Shown: positions 12,047-25,060 of the stretch, piece by piece
Numbering within the stretch: the first letter of the stretch is position 1
Layout: each line of letters opens with the position of its first letter
Origin: Octopus sinensis
Taxonomy: Eukaryota
DNA length: 64,000 nucleotides
Assembly: GCF_006345805.1 (NCBI RefSeq)
Contig: NC_043018.1
Span: 27,838,001-27,902,000 of the forward strand
Direction of reading: 5' to 3'
Program-made: the position numbers and the translations under genes
The notes under the pieces: generated by a model
Seen by the model: only the letters and a program-made list of their open reading frames with translations
What the model was told of the DNA's origin: nothing
The model's database searches: none

Positions 12047-12291
12047 GTATTTGTGTAACATCGTCCGATTTTCCGTCCTTGCTTTTGTATACATTCGCTG
12101 CTTTCTTCCAAGGAATCTAATCCTCTTAGCTTGGTTTTTCCTTGGGGCTGGCCAGATTGGAGCAATCTCAAGTATAACCAGCCGAAATCGCGAAGATAAT
12201 CTGGTACTTGACATAGGACAGAAAACTTCGAATGACTTCTAATTGTTTTCTTTATATCGTCTTTCTGGATGTTTTGTTGTCCCATTTTGTA

Positions 12292-12296
<5 letters not shown>
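12047..12296. repeat. Dispersed ~245-bp element between microsatellites, copy 1
   Basis: Direct-orientation homologue of 13570-13818. Confidence 0.85.
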
Positions 12297-12354
<58 letters not shown>

Positions 12355-13141
12355 ACCACACACACACATATATATATATATGTATATATATCTGTAAATG
12401 CATTCCCAAATAAAATTGCGCTTCATGTTTGAACTCCGATGAAGCTATACAGGGATACACAAGCACTCAAACTATGAGTGCATTTCACCATGTAGCAGAA
12501 TCAGCTGTAAGCCAATGTTCACATTATTTTATTCTCGTTTCATTTTCATTTTACACACACACACACGCACACATACACACACACACATCATCCCCATCAG
12601 CATCAAACTCATCACTTCTTTTTGCGGGAAAGATGGATATCACAGTCGTCCTGGCGGCGATTCGAACACAGCAGAGACATAACTAAGTACCGCATGGTAT
12701 TTCGTCTGTCTATCTGTCTGTCTGTCTGTCTCTCTGTCTTCGTCTGTAACTTTACATATGGATGATGGCGATCCCTCATTCTCTGACATCTGACATACTC
12801 CTCCTCTCCACCGCCCCTCTCACATTCCTTCTCTTCTCTTCCCCTTCTTCCCCTCCTCTCTTCATTTCCAAGCCTCATCTTCTGCCCACCTCTGCCTCCC
12901 TCCGACTCTTCCCATCCAGTCCACTCCCCCTCTGCCACTCCCCCCTCTTCCACTCCACTCCCCCACTGCCACTCCGCTCCCCTCTTCCACTCCACTCCCC
13001 CTCCTCCACTTTCCTTTTCTCCTCCTTGTCTTCCTCCTCCGACATAGCTCCCCCCCTCCTTGTCTTCCACCTCCTCTCGAGATGTCCCACCATTCTCTCT
13101 GATATTACTAAGATCCGAGAAATGCAACACACACACGCACG

Positions 13142-13203
<62 letters not shown>

Positions 13204-13483
13204 TACAAACACGCACTATTTATTCGTTCTTCACTCGTTCATTACTGTTCTTGTTCTGGCTTTCTCTGCTCTCTTGCTCCGCTTATAAGCGCAGTAACAG
13301 CACACACGAAAATGGAAAGTGCCGCTGAAGAGGTCACAGATGGGTAACGACAGACTTTCGGACAATGAACAAGTGTCTCGCACGAACACATCAATAATTT
13401 GCCTATCGACGGAGTATATACTTTCAGTATGGTACTGAGATGCCTCTTTTTCTCTTCTCTTTCTCGCTCTCTTTCTCTTTTCT

Positions 13484-13567
<84 letters not shown>

Positions 13568-13569
13568 TA

Positions 13570-13818
13570 TATTTGTGTAGCATCGTCTGTTTTTTCCGTC
13601 CTTGCTTTGTATGCATTCACTGCTTTCTTCCAAGGATTCTAATCCTCTTAGCTTAGTTTTTCCTTGGGGCTCACCAAATTGGAGCAATCTCAAGTAAAAT
13701 CAGCCGAAATTGCGAAGATAATCTGGTGCTTGACTGAGAAAAGAAAGCATCGAATGACCCTTCATTGTTTTCTTTATATCGTCTATCTGGATGTTTTGTT
13801 GTCCCATTTTGTAATTTA
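13570..13818. repeat. Dispersed ~245-bp element between microsatellites, copy 2
   Basis: Homologue of 12047-12296. Confidence 0.85.
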
Positions 13819-13876
13819 CACACACACATACAAGCATATTTATATATAGATATGTGTATACATATGTGTGCATATA

Positions 13877-14035
13877 GGCGTAGGAGTGGCTGTGTGGTAA
13901 GTAGCTTGCTTAGAAATAACATGGTTCCGGGTTCAGTCCCATTGGGCAAGTGTCTTCTACTATAGCCTCGGGCCGACCAAAGCCTTGTGAGTGGATTTGG
14001 TAGACGGTATCTGAAAGAAGCCCGTCGTATATATA

Positions 14036-14090
<55 letters not shown>

Positions 14091-14484
14091 AAAAAATGAA
14101 AGTTCGAAAATGCTGCTATATTATACAATTTTAATTTTTATATATACATTATAACATGTTTCAGTTCCTGAAATGAACCTTATCAAAAAAAAGTTATATA
14201 TAAAAAAAGACAGCTCATGCCGTCAAACACAAGAAATTCATTTACAATATACAACGGAGTCAGACATCTTAAAGTTCAAATATAGTTTGAAGTAAGTTCA
14301 TTCATGCTATATGTTCAAAGTGTTCGATGCAGGGCCCACGGTGGCGATACGTATTCAATACAAAAAACAGATCCAAAGTGGGGAGCAGTCCATACAGAAG
14401 ATTGTTTGTTCCCGAAAGAGCGAGGAATTCATTTTTACCTTGAGCAATTGTGATGACCCATGGTGGGCGTTCGCTGGGTGATTC

Positions 14485-14526
<42 letters not shown>

Positions 14527-14750
14527 ACGTGTGTGTGTGTGTGTGTGTGTGTTTGTGTGTTTGTCTCCCCAACTCACGTGACAATAGATGCTGGTGTGTT
14601 TTCGTCCCCGTAACTTAGTGGTTCGGCATAAGAGACCGATAGAATCTGTACTAGGCTTACAAAGAATAAGTCCTGGGGTCGATTTGCTCGATTAAAAGTG
14701 GTGCTTCAGCATGGCCACAGTCAAATGACTGAAACAAGTAAAAGAGAGAG
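13877..14750 (+). mobile_element. SINE family A split by a ~400-bp insert (14088-14484) in its internal (TA)n
   Basis: The 5' half (13877-14030) and the 3' half (about 14550-14750) align to 3188-3597. Confidence 0.85.
14136..14206 (-). ncRNA. Hammerhead ribozyme-like motif, U3-A8 variant
   Basis: Minus strand reads TTGATAA-GGTTC-ATTTCAG-GAACT-GAAAC-AT-GTT. Stem III is palindromic (ACATGT). Stem I is imperfect and AT-rich. Confidence 0.55.
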
Positions 14751-15190
14751 TTTAAGATTCATAGATATATATATATATTAATATGTGTATATATATATAT
14801 ATATACATATACGCATACACAGGTACACATGCACATATATATGCATGCACACATACCCTTACTCCCGTTTCCCTTCGCGCAGAAGCATACACACTTATAT
14901 GACACAGCCGTTGATACGTTTGCAAGTAAAACTCAAACCTTATGATTTTCCCGTTCCAGTCAGTCGCAGACATTTCCTCCCCACCTCATCTCTCTCTCTC
15001 TCTCTCTGTCTCTGTCTCTCTGTCTGTCTGTCTCTCTCTCTCTCTGTCTCTCTCTCTCTCTCTCTCCATCACTATTGGATACACCTGTCAGCTGGTATAT
15101 GGTCATCCATCGAGAAGGCAACGAGTGTAGAGTGCTTTGTCATGTGTGGTGAGAGTATAGATACAGACATACATACGGACACACACAAAC

Positions 15191-15221
<31 letters not shown>

Positions 15222-15238
15222 AACATATACCCATATGC

Positions 15239-15269
<31 letters not shown>

Positions 15270-15955
15270 AATATAGATTGATGCATAGATATCTAGATAG
15301 ATACACCCACCCACATGCACACACACACACAGAGACACACACGCATATATATTGTATAGATAGGTACATATGGATATGCATATACATATATATGCATATA
15401 TATATCTACATATATACATATCTATCTATCTATCTATCTCCATATACATACATACATACATACACACACACATACATACATACATACATACACACACACA
15501 TACATACATACATACATACATACATGCATACATATATATATAATCACACACACATATACGTGTGTGTGTAATGTATGTGTATGTATATATGTATGTATGT
15601 ATATGTGCTTGTATGTATACACATACATGCGCATATACACATTTAGTGTTGTACACGTGTGTGTATGTGTCTGTATATATATATATATATATATGCACAC
15701 GCACTTACACACACACACGCAAACGTACACAAACACACACACACACATGAACGGACACACATATACACGGCAGTTGAACCTTACCGTTTTCTACTGTCCC
15801 TCTTCCCCGTCACTCTCTCCTTGCCCTCGTTCTCCCCCCTCCTCCTCTCTCTTCCTTCGCTTCGATGCCAAAAATGGCAGCGAGGTGTTCCAGGACAATT
15901 TCTGTCATAACCCAGCATAACATAACTGATCATACTTTCATAGAACCCTTGGCGA

Positions 15956-16572
15956 CGGTGGTGGTGGTGGTTGTGGTAGTGGTGGCGGTGGTGGTGGTGC
16001 TGGCAGTGGTGGTGGTGGTTGCAGTGGTGGCGGTGGCAGTGGTGGCGGTGACAGTGGTGGCGGTGGAAATGGTGGTGGTGACAGTGGTGGCGTAGCAGTG
16101 GTGGCGGTGGCAGTGGTGGTAGTGATGTTATTGCTGTTGTTGATGGTAGTGGCAATGGTGGCGGTGGCAGTGGTGGCGGTGGCAATGGTGGTGGTGATGT
16201 TATTGCTGTTGCTGGTGTTGGTGGTGGTGGCAGTGGTGGTGGTAGTGGTGATGATACTGGCAGCTGTGATTGCAGTAGTGGTAGTAGTGCTGACGGTGGT
16301 GTTGCTGTTAGTGGTGGTGATGGTATTGGTGGTGGTCGCGGTATTGGTGGTGGTAGCAGTAGTGGGGATGGTATTGGCGGTGGTGGTGGGGTAATGTTAG
16401 TGGTGGAGGTTGTAGTGGTAGTGATGATATTGGCGATGGTGGTGGTTGTGGTGGTAGTGGTGGAGGTGGAGGTTGTGGTGGTAGTGGCGGTGTTGGTAGT
16501 GGTAGAGGTGATTGTATTGGTGCTGATGACGGTACTGGTCGTATTGGTAGTGGTAGTGGTGGTGATAGTGGC
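15956..16572. repeat. Degenerate (GTG)n array
   Basis: Direct reading. It is the source of the poly-V/P/T/H ORFs. Confidence 0.9.
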
Positions 16573-16989
16573 GAAAGGAAACGCAAAAACAAAGTCAAGA
16601 GGGGGAATACACTGGAAATTCCCTTTGCACCGTAATCTCACGAAATCTCTCATGTTAACAGTCCCACCACCACCACCACCACCACCACCATTCTCTCCGC
16701 CAACCCCCACCATCACAACGCCGATGCGATTTCCCCGACGTGGTCACCACCACCACCAGCCAACACCACCGCTGAGGCCGCCATATTCCGTGAAGCTTGT
16801 CATTAATTTCTGCGTATAATGAAGAGGTGTCGTGTCAAACGTTACATTTCGTAACGTCATCCACCGACTTAGAAGTCAGGTGTTGCTTTATGATGGTATG
16901 TGTCTGTACGTCTGTATGTCTGTATGTCCATTGTCAGGTGCATACACGTGTGTACGCACACATACACGCACACACACACACACACATAG

Positions 16990-17030
<41 letters not shown>

Positions 17031-17384
17031 TTTATGAGAGCGTTTACGTATTCTCGTCCTAAAAGCTGCGAGGATTTGAAAGCGGACACATGAGTAGCCG
17101 ACGTCGTGGCGTTGGCGTTGGCGTTGGCGTTGGAGCTGCCGATGATGATGGTGATGATGATGATGATGATGAGGGTGGTGGCAGCGGCGGCGGCTGAGGC
17201 GACTGGGGTGGTGGAGGCGGTGGCTTTGGTGCGGGATATCCTGTTCAACAGAACTCTATCAGAAAAAGAAGGGATCAGGCTTGAGGATTAAGAAACCATT
17301 GGCGGCAATAGTAATGGATGGAATAGGTAATGGAAGAGGTGCGTGGCAGGAGGGTGTCAGGTTGTATATGTGATAAGTATATAT

Positions 17385-17415
<31 letters not shown>

Positions 17416-17510
17416 CACACACACATATATATATACACACACACATATATATATGTATGTATAATATGTATATACATACATACATTACGTCTATTGACAT
17501 ATTTTGTATT

Positions 17511-17971
17511 GGATCTTTTCGGTTTGAACGGCAGTTTTTTCTAGTGGTGTCATGTGAAATTGTCACCCATAATTATGACCCTAGTATCGATCTATTGCAT
17601 TTCAATCTGTTTTAGGGTTAGGGTTAGTAAGGATTAGTTAGGGTTAGTTAGGGTTAGGGGTGGGGAAAGGGTATCATTTTTTCTTCACAAATGTAAATAA
17701 ACCCAATCTGTTTCTTAAACGAGGGACATATTCATGCGGCACAGAATGTTTTTTACATCAATGGACGTCAGTGATTGGTTGAAATTGCAGAAATTGAAGA
17801 AAAAAAACAACAACAAATATCTTACAAACTATAGAATTTTTTCAATAAAGCCAAGAGAAAAAGATGTTTTACAAACACATTTTACCAGTAGTTTAAAATT
17901 ATCTAGAAGTTTAAAATTATTTAGTTACCTAGAAATTATGTTAAAAACTGCCGTTCAAACCGAAAAGATCC
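17511..17971. mobile_element. MITE with perfect 29-bp TIRs and internal TTAGGG-like repeats
   Basis: GGATCTTTTCGGTTTGAACGGCAGTTTTT at 17511-17539 and its exact reverse complement at 17943-17971. Confidence 0.9.
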
Positions 17972-18124
17972 CTACTCTTTCTCTATTGGCAAGAAATCTT
18001 GAAATATAATTGAAAAATGACATATATAATATCATAGGCACTAATTTATCACAAAGCACGCTATCTATAATGTAGCGTGTTTGTTCACGAATATATACGT
18101 ATTCAGTGCAGATTCTAGTGTATG

Positions 18125-18159
<35 letters not shown>

Positions 18160-18260
18160 TTTCTCAGGAAGACACGATATACCTATCATTATGGGTAATA
18201 CCAAATGTACCTTTCGGATTTTTCATAATGTGATGTAAATCTTTGGTATAACAATTGCAT

Positions 18261-18351
18261 GCGGCTGAAGAGAGCTTTAAACAATCATTTATGTCGATTA
18301 TACAATAATGTAAGAATAGGTCGTTTATAAAGCTTGAAACACGTGTACCGC
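18261..18351 (+). ncRNA. Type I hammerhead ribozyme with canonical core and long stem II
   Basis: GCGG-CTGAAGA-GAGCTTTA...TAAAGCTT-GAAAC-ACGT-GTA-CCGC. Stems I, II and III all pair and the site is GUA. It sits inside a ~225-bp unique segment flanked by (TA)n. Confidence 0.88.
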
Positions 18352-18587
18352 GACATCCTTTGTTCTCTGTTTTTGATTTCATTTGATATATATATATATA
18401 TGCATGCATGTATGTATGTATGTATGTATGTATGTATGTATGTATGTATGTATGTGTGTGTGTATGTGTGTGTGTGTATTTAGATGTTCAGATATGTTTA
18501 TGTATGAATATACGCTTATTTGAACCTTGTCTCTGTGTGTGTTTGTGTGTGCGAGTGCGCACCACAACGGAATTCATATATATAATG

Positions 18588-18625
<38 letters not shown>

Positions 18626-19184
18626 ATATATTATACTTCTATGCTTGTTTTTTGTAAACATACATATATGTTAGTCTGCTAGCGTGCGTGTGAATGTGCA
18701 TGCGTGCTTGTGTATGTATGCATGTATGTATGTATGCATGTATGTATGTATGTATGTATGCCTGTACGCCCACACCTTCTTCTGAAAGGTGAATGTATAA
18801 CGACATATTTGTCAGTTTTTAAGAACACGTGTGTTGCTCGAGTACACGTATCCACACACAGACGCATGCCCCCCCCCCCCCACACACACACTCACGTACG
18901 CACACAATCACACACATACACACATGTGTGTGAGTGTCTGTGTTTCCTATGTGTGTGTGTGTGTGCGTGCGTTCTAGTTTGCGTCTGTATGTATGTATTT
19001 GTATACATATATATATGTACATACTTAAATATACATACAAAATACACACATACTTAGACACGTATGTATAAATTCATAAATAATGTATATATATATATAT
19101 ATATACTATATATATATATATATTATATATATATACATATATACACACACACACACGCACACATATATATATAGAAACATTTAT

Positions 19185-19284
19185 NNNNNNNNNNNNNNNN
19201 NNNNNNNNNNNNNNNNNNNNNNNNNNNNNNNNNNNNNNNNNNNNNNNNNNNNNNNNNNNNNNNNNNNNNNNNNNNNNNNNNNNN
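19185..19284. other. Assembly gap (100 N)
   Basis: Run of N; the true length is unknown. Confidence 1.
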
Positions 19285-19750
19285 AAAGAAGATCAATCAT
19301 GTTTTTGAGGTTCTTCAGTCACTGCTTCAATACACAAATAGATGAATACACACACACAAACCACACACACATAAAACCATTGCCCGCAATACATACATTC
19401 ATATATACATAACATAACATACATAAATACATACGCACAGAAATAGTTGTAGTTAATAAGTGTGTGTGTGTGCATGTGTGTGTGTATATGTATGTGTTTG
19501 CATACACGTGCATACATACCAGTGTAAATACACATTTACATATATGCATGTATGTTATATATATGTCTGTACAGTGCATGTGAATGTGTATATATGTATA
19601 AATGTATGTTTCCAAGCATATATTTTCATACAAACTTACACACACATACGCATGCCTATATTTATTTACATATGTACATTTATATATATACCTATATTAA
19701 CCCATACGTACGTCGAAAGAGACACACACACTTGTTATATATACCACCAC

Positions 19751-19803
<53 letters not shown>

Positions 19804-20092
19804 TATATATATATAACATACATACACACACATATATATATATACATATATATATATATAATATATATATATATAATATATATATCTATATATAATACAC
19901 ACACACCACACACCACACACAACATATATATAATATATATCTATATATATATATATACACGTATATGCGTAGTATTCCTATCAGAGAACGGCTGATATTT
20001 TCGCATCGTTCTCGATATAGAATTCAGAAAATTCAAGCAATATTTCTGACTCCAAGAGATCTAACTTCAAAGTTATACAAGCAGATTTAGTT

Positions 20093-20129
<37 letters not shown>

Positions 20130-20402
20130 CTTTGTTATTTTGGAAAAAATGTTGGTATGTATACCAATATCCCTTAACATCCTCAAATAGCGTCAGAAAT
20201 ATATAAATTCGATTCAACAGTTCAGCGAAATAAGATCACCTCGAAGTCCCGGGTTCAATCTCCCTACAAAGGCAGCGTTTCGAAAACAGGAGTTATGATT
20301 TACGTGGGTCTGGTTCCTTTAAAGTTTGGCGTGAGTTCTTCCTCACAAGATTTCTCTTGTCGTTCGCTCGCCCCGTAAGGAGTTTTTCATTATTATGTAC
20401 GA

Positions 20403-20800
20403 TATTGGCTTCAAATTTTGGCACAAGGCCAGCAAGATCGCGATAGGGGACACGTTAATTACTTTGACTCTAGTGCTCAACTGGTACTTAGTTTATCGAC
20501 TACGAGCTGTTGGAAGGCAAAGTCGACCGCAGCGGAATTTGAACTCAGAACGTAAGGACGAACGAAATGCCGCTAAGCATTTTTCCAGAGTTCTCACAAT
20601 GTGTAATGCGGCGAGTTGACAGAATTGTTAGCTCGCCGGAGAAAACGTTTACCAGCATTTTGTACGTCTTTACATTCTGAGTTCAAATTCTGCTAACGTT
20701 GACTCTGCTTTTCATCCTTTCGAGGTTGATAAAATTATTAGTTGTCGAGCACTGTGGTTGATGTAATCCACTTGCCCTTCCCCTCAAAATTGCTGGACGT
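20403..20800. mobile_element. Inverted pair of SINE family D copies
   Basis: Minus copy at about 20403-20590 and plus copy at about 20608-20800. Confidence 0.75.
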
Positions 20801-20814
20801 ATACCAATGTAACT

Positions 20815-21262
20815 GTTTGTGTATCTGTGTTTGTCCCCCCAAACATCGCTTGACAACCAATGCTGGTGTGTTTACGTCCCCGTAACTTAGCGGTTCAGCA
20901 AAAGAATAAGTACTAGGCTTACAAAGAATAAGTCCTGGGGTCGATTTGCTTGACTAAAGGCGGTGCTCCAGCATGGCCACAGTCAAATCACTGAAACAAG
21001 TAAAAGAGTAAAAGAGTAAAAGAGATATATATCTGTGTGTGTGTGTGTATATGTTTGTGTGTCTGTGTTTGTCCCCCCAACATCACTTGACAACCAATGC
21101 TGGTGTGTTTACGTCCCCGTAACTTAACGATTCAGCAAAAGAGACCGATAGAATAAGTACTAGCCTTACAAAGAATAAGTCCTTGAGTCGACTTGTTCGG
21201 CTAAAGGCGCTTCTCCACCATGGCCGCAGTCAAATGACTGAAACAAGTAAAAGAGTAAAGAG
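20815..21262 (+). mobile_element. Two tandem 3' halves of SINE family A
   Basis: TCTGTGTTTGTCCCCCCAA...CTGAAACAAGTAAAAGAG occurs twice. Confidence 0.85.
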
Positions 21263-21721
21263 TTCGGATATTGTTGTTTTATACAGAGAAGAAAAAGTAC
21301 GTACCGTCTAAGCTGCCCAGCTGATGTAAATATATCTTTGAAAATCGAAGAAGCAAAGAGAAAGAGGATAACTACGGACAACCGCTTCGAAACCTCCAGT
21401 TTCTGTATTTAGATTATAAATTCACGTTTTTACCAATAATAAATGGTGTACTTTTTAGTGAGTAAACGCGTAAGTGAGGATCTAGATAAGCTAGGGTTTT
21501 CAGAAAAAAAAACCAACTAACCCATTCGCATATTATAAATATTATCTGTACATGGAGGAGTAAAAAATATGTAAAACTTATCTCAAGTTTAAAATGTGAT
21601 ATTGGCTTTGTTATCCACATTCCAAAGATGGAGCTTTGTATCTTTGGAAGAAACTAGATTATAAATTCACATTTATGTTAAAAATAATTGGTTCACTAGG
21701 TTTTGTGAAGAAGTGCCTATG

Positions 21722-22095
21722 TAGCATTGAAAGCTACAGTAATGCCAGAACGGGTCGACACTGTACAGGGCCAAAGATCCCAGCAATGCTATCGCGCTTC
21801 AGGACCAGTTACTGCAACAACCTGAGATTCAGAGGCCCACAGATTTTCAATATTCTCTCAAAGAGCCTGAGGGACCAACACAAAGTGGATATAGGTGTTT
21901 TCAAATCTGGACCTCTTCCTGTCGAGAGTCCCAGGTGAACCTACCTCACAGCAAGAAGTGCAAATGAGGGTAGCGGCATCAAACTCCATTATTCACCAAA
22001 TGCCACATATTAGAGGAGGCTCTCAGTAATAATAGTGTAGCAAAACGGCGGTGCCCCAGCATGGTCACAGCTTTGAGCTGAAACTACAAAAAAAG
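21722..22095 (+). mobile_element. 3' end of a CR1-group LINE
   Basis: YSNARTGRHC...RFRTSYCNNLRFRGPQIFNILSKSLRD...VFKS, then LDLFLSRVPGEP after a frameshift. The 3' tail is shared with SINE A and is followed by an A-run. Confidence 0.7.
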
Positions 22096-23909
22096 TGACA
22101 ATTTGAATAACCTAGGATTTTCAAAAAAAAAAACAAAACAAAAAAAACAAACAAACAAGAAAAACAGAAATCAACCGGCTGATACGCAAATAACAAATGT
22201 TATCTGTAAGCAGAATAATAAAAATCTGCAAGACTTTTCTCAAGTTTAAAATGTGAATATAAATGCAAGATACTAGATTCCCATAAGTTATAGCAGTGTT
22301 GCCAAGACGGTTTAATATACTATACACAAGAAGGTTGCCTCGACAACCATACCAAAGGCCGACCAGAACCAGGAATTATTCACACTTTTAAAAATAAAGA
22401 ATAGTGGTAGGTGCGACTGGGGTACGTTTTGAATAATTTTATTGATTTCCAAATCGGTACAGGCGATGTATATAGTGGGTGTCGTGTTGGGGTTGGTATT
22501 GATGCTGGTGTTGGTAATGTGGTGGCGGTGGTATTCATGGGGGTGTAAGTGATTGTGACTAAAATCTGGTATCTAAAGAAAATGGTTCATATAAAAGAGT
22601 TGTATGGGAGTAAGATTTTTTTTATCAGTTTAACTTGTGTGAGGAGGAATGAAGGTTACAACGTTTCGGGTTGTTGCTCTTTGTGTGAGAGTGGGGAAGA
22701 TAGAGTTAGAGAGAGAGGAGCGAAAGGGAGGGGAGTGAGAGAGAGAACACAAGAGAAATGGAGAGGGGGAAACAGAAACTGAGAGAGAAAGAGAGAGAGA
22801 GACAGGGAAGAAGAAGGGAAAGAAAGAGAAAGAGAGGAAGAAGTAAAGAGAGAAAGAGAGGAAGGGAAAGAGCGAGAGAGAGAGAGAGTATGATTTTATA
22901 TAAAGTTTGGAATCGGTGATCAGGAAGAATCGTTATATCATTGGATAAAATTCCTTGAGCATTCATTTGCCTCGACTCCTACGTTCTGAGTTCAGATCAC
23001 ACCGAGAGAGAGAGCAACAAGGGAAAATGAGCCAGAAAGTGAGAAAGACGGAGAGAGAAAGAGAGAGAGAGAGAGAGATAGATAGAGAGAGAGAGACAGG
23101 CAGACAGACACACAGATAGAGAGTGAGAGAATAAGGGAAAGAGAAAGATAGTGACAACGTCTTTCTTACTTTCTCTCTCTTTCTCATTATTTTCTGACGA
23201 AGTCTAATATCCCGAAACAGTCGCTTCTTCACTTGTATCAGCAATTAAACGGATAAAACTGTTCTATGAACTTCGCTATTGTCGATTTAGTGAACAGAAA
23301 TCTTCAAAAAAACAGAAACCCCCACCCAAACAAAAAACTACGAAACAGAATAATAAAGAAAACGCCCCACTCCACCTTATCCTACACACCCACCTCCCAC
23401 AAAATATTAAAGAAAAACAAGAATTAAAACAACAGAAAAATAATAATGTGAAAAGGGAAAAGTAAACTAAAATATTTTAAAACGAAGAAAACATATTTTT
23501 TAAAGATTTTAATCTGTTTTCATTTCAACATTTCAATTGTTGAAACGATAGACGGATTAGTGGGTGGCGGTGTGGAGTGGTACGATGACGGTGAAGTGTG
23601 GTGGTGGTGGGGGTTGTAGTAGTCTCGTGATGGGGCGTAGTGTGGTTGTGTAGGGTGGATGCAGTGAAGGTTTGTAGTGGTTTCGTGTGATGGCGATGGC
23701 GCAGGGTGGTGGTGGTGGTGGTGTAGTTGCACTAGTGACAGTGGTGGTACAGATTGTTGGTATAGGAGATGGTGGTGTGGTGGTGGTGGTGGCATAAGTT
23801 GTAGTGGCGGTGGTATAGGATTGTAGTGTGAAGTGTGGGTTATAATTTAGTGGTGTATTTGTGTAGGCGATACTATCAGGTGGTGTTGGCGTGGTAGAGT
23901 ACCTATCGA

Positions 23910-23961
<52 letters not shown>

Positions 23962-24107
23962 GATCGATCGATCGATCTGTCTGTCTACCTGTCTGTCTAT
24001 CTGCCAGTCTGTTTATCTGCTTGCCTGTCTACCTGTCTGTCTATCCGCTTGTCTCTCTGGCTATCTGCATGTCTATCTGTCTCTCTTTCCTTCCTTGCCT
24101 TTCTTCC

Positions 24108-24178
<71 letters not shown>

Positions 24179-24867
24179 GTCTGTATGTCTGTCTGTCTGT
24201 CTACCTGTCTGTCTGTCGCTTTTCTCTCCCTCCTTTGTAAGAATTTAATAAATAGATATATCTGAATGTTTACTGGCTGATGTTTGTCGATTGTATATCT
24301 TCTCCATTTCCTTATGTGCCTTATAAACCCTGGGTAAATTTCCAATTAACCCCAACCCATACGTAGTATTCAATTGCAATATTGCCATGCTGTAGTAAGC
24401 ACTTGGTTAAAAATACGTAGATACATATCCAGTAGTATATTGGCTGTTTAATATTCGTTACATAGTTTCTTAACCTCTAATTCATACAGGCATATATATA
24501 TATATATATATATATATAAGATTTTCTATTTTGAATATATTTGGGGTATTTAGGTCTGCTCAGCACTTAGTGCTTGCTTTTTCCATGGGTATAAGTAAGT
24601 ATTTCATTTATGTCTTACGTATTTATCGCTGAGGAGAAGAAAATTCGCATGAATTAAGTTTGAAATTGGGACCAGTACGGTAATAACGGAATTTTTTAGA
24701 AATTTCTATCGGCTCGTTTCGAGACGCATAAATTATAATGGTTATGGACAATATGTCTAATCGCATATTTGCATTAGATTTTTCTTTGTGCCCTTATTTT
24801 ATAAGTATTTAAATTAATCTTTAAGGTATTTTTCGAAAAAATTTTATCCTACATTAGAAGTATATAT

Positions 24868-24927
<60 letters not shown>

Positions 24928-25060
24928 ATATATAGATATATAATATATATATTGGGAGAGAGAGAGAGAGAGAATTCACAAAAAAAAACAAACCAAAAGA
25001 CGGAGACAGGTGGTGTAGACACAAAAGATGTATTAGTTTAACGCTTGGGAAGTGAAAAAG

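Noticed and set aside
15781-16716. 311-aa Pro/Thr/His-rich ORF (likewise the extensin-like ORF at 49085-49579)
   Set aside because: It derives from (CAC/GTG)n arrays that are open in most frames.
17612-17670. TTAGGG repeats as a telomere or fusion site
   Set aside because: The tract is short, degenerate and enclosed within MITE TIRs.
20270-20350. Minus-strand GTGAGGA-AGAA...TTTTC-GAAAC-GCTG
   Set aside because: The 3-8 pair is broken, and there is no NUH site or stem I.
23194-23222. CTGACGA...GAAAC-A-GTC hammerhead core on the plus strand
   Set aside because: The core letters are present, but stem II is about 1 bp and there is no stem I, so it could be chance or heavy decay.
24455-24733. 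Two HHR-like strings (minus CTGTATGA...GAAACTATGTA; plus CTGAGGA...TTTC-GAGAC-GCATA)
   Set aside because: Each needs several core repairs and lacks a convincing stem I. They are worth revisiting only with a family consensus.
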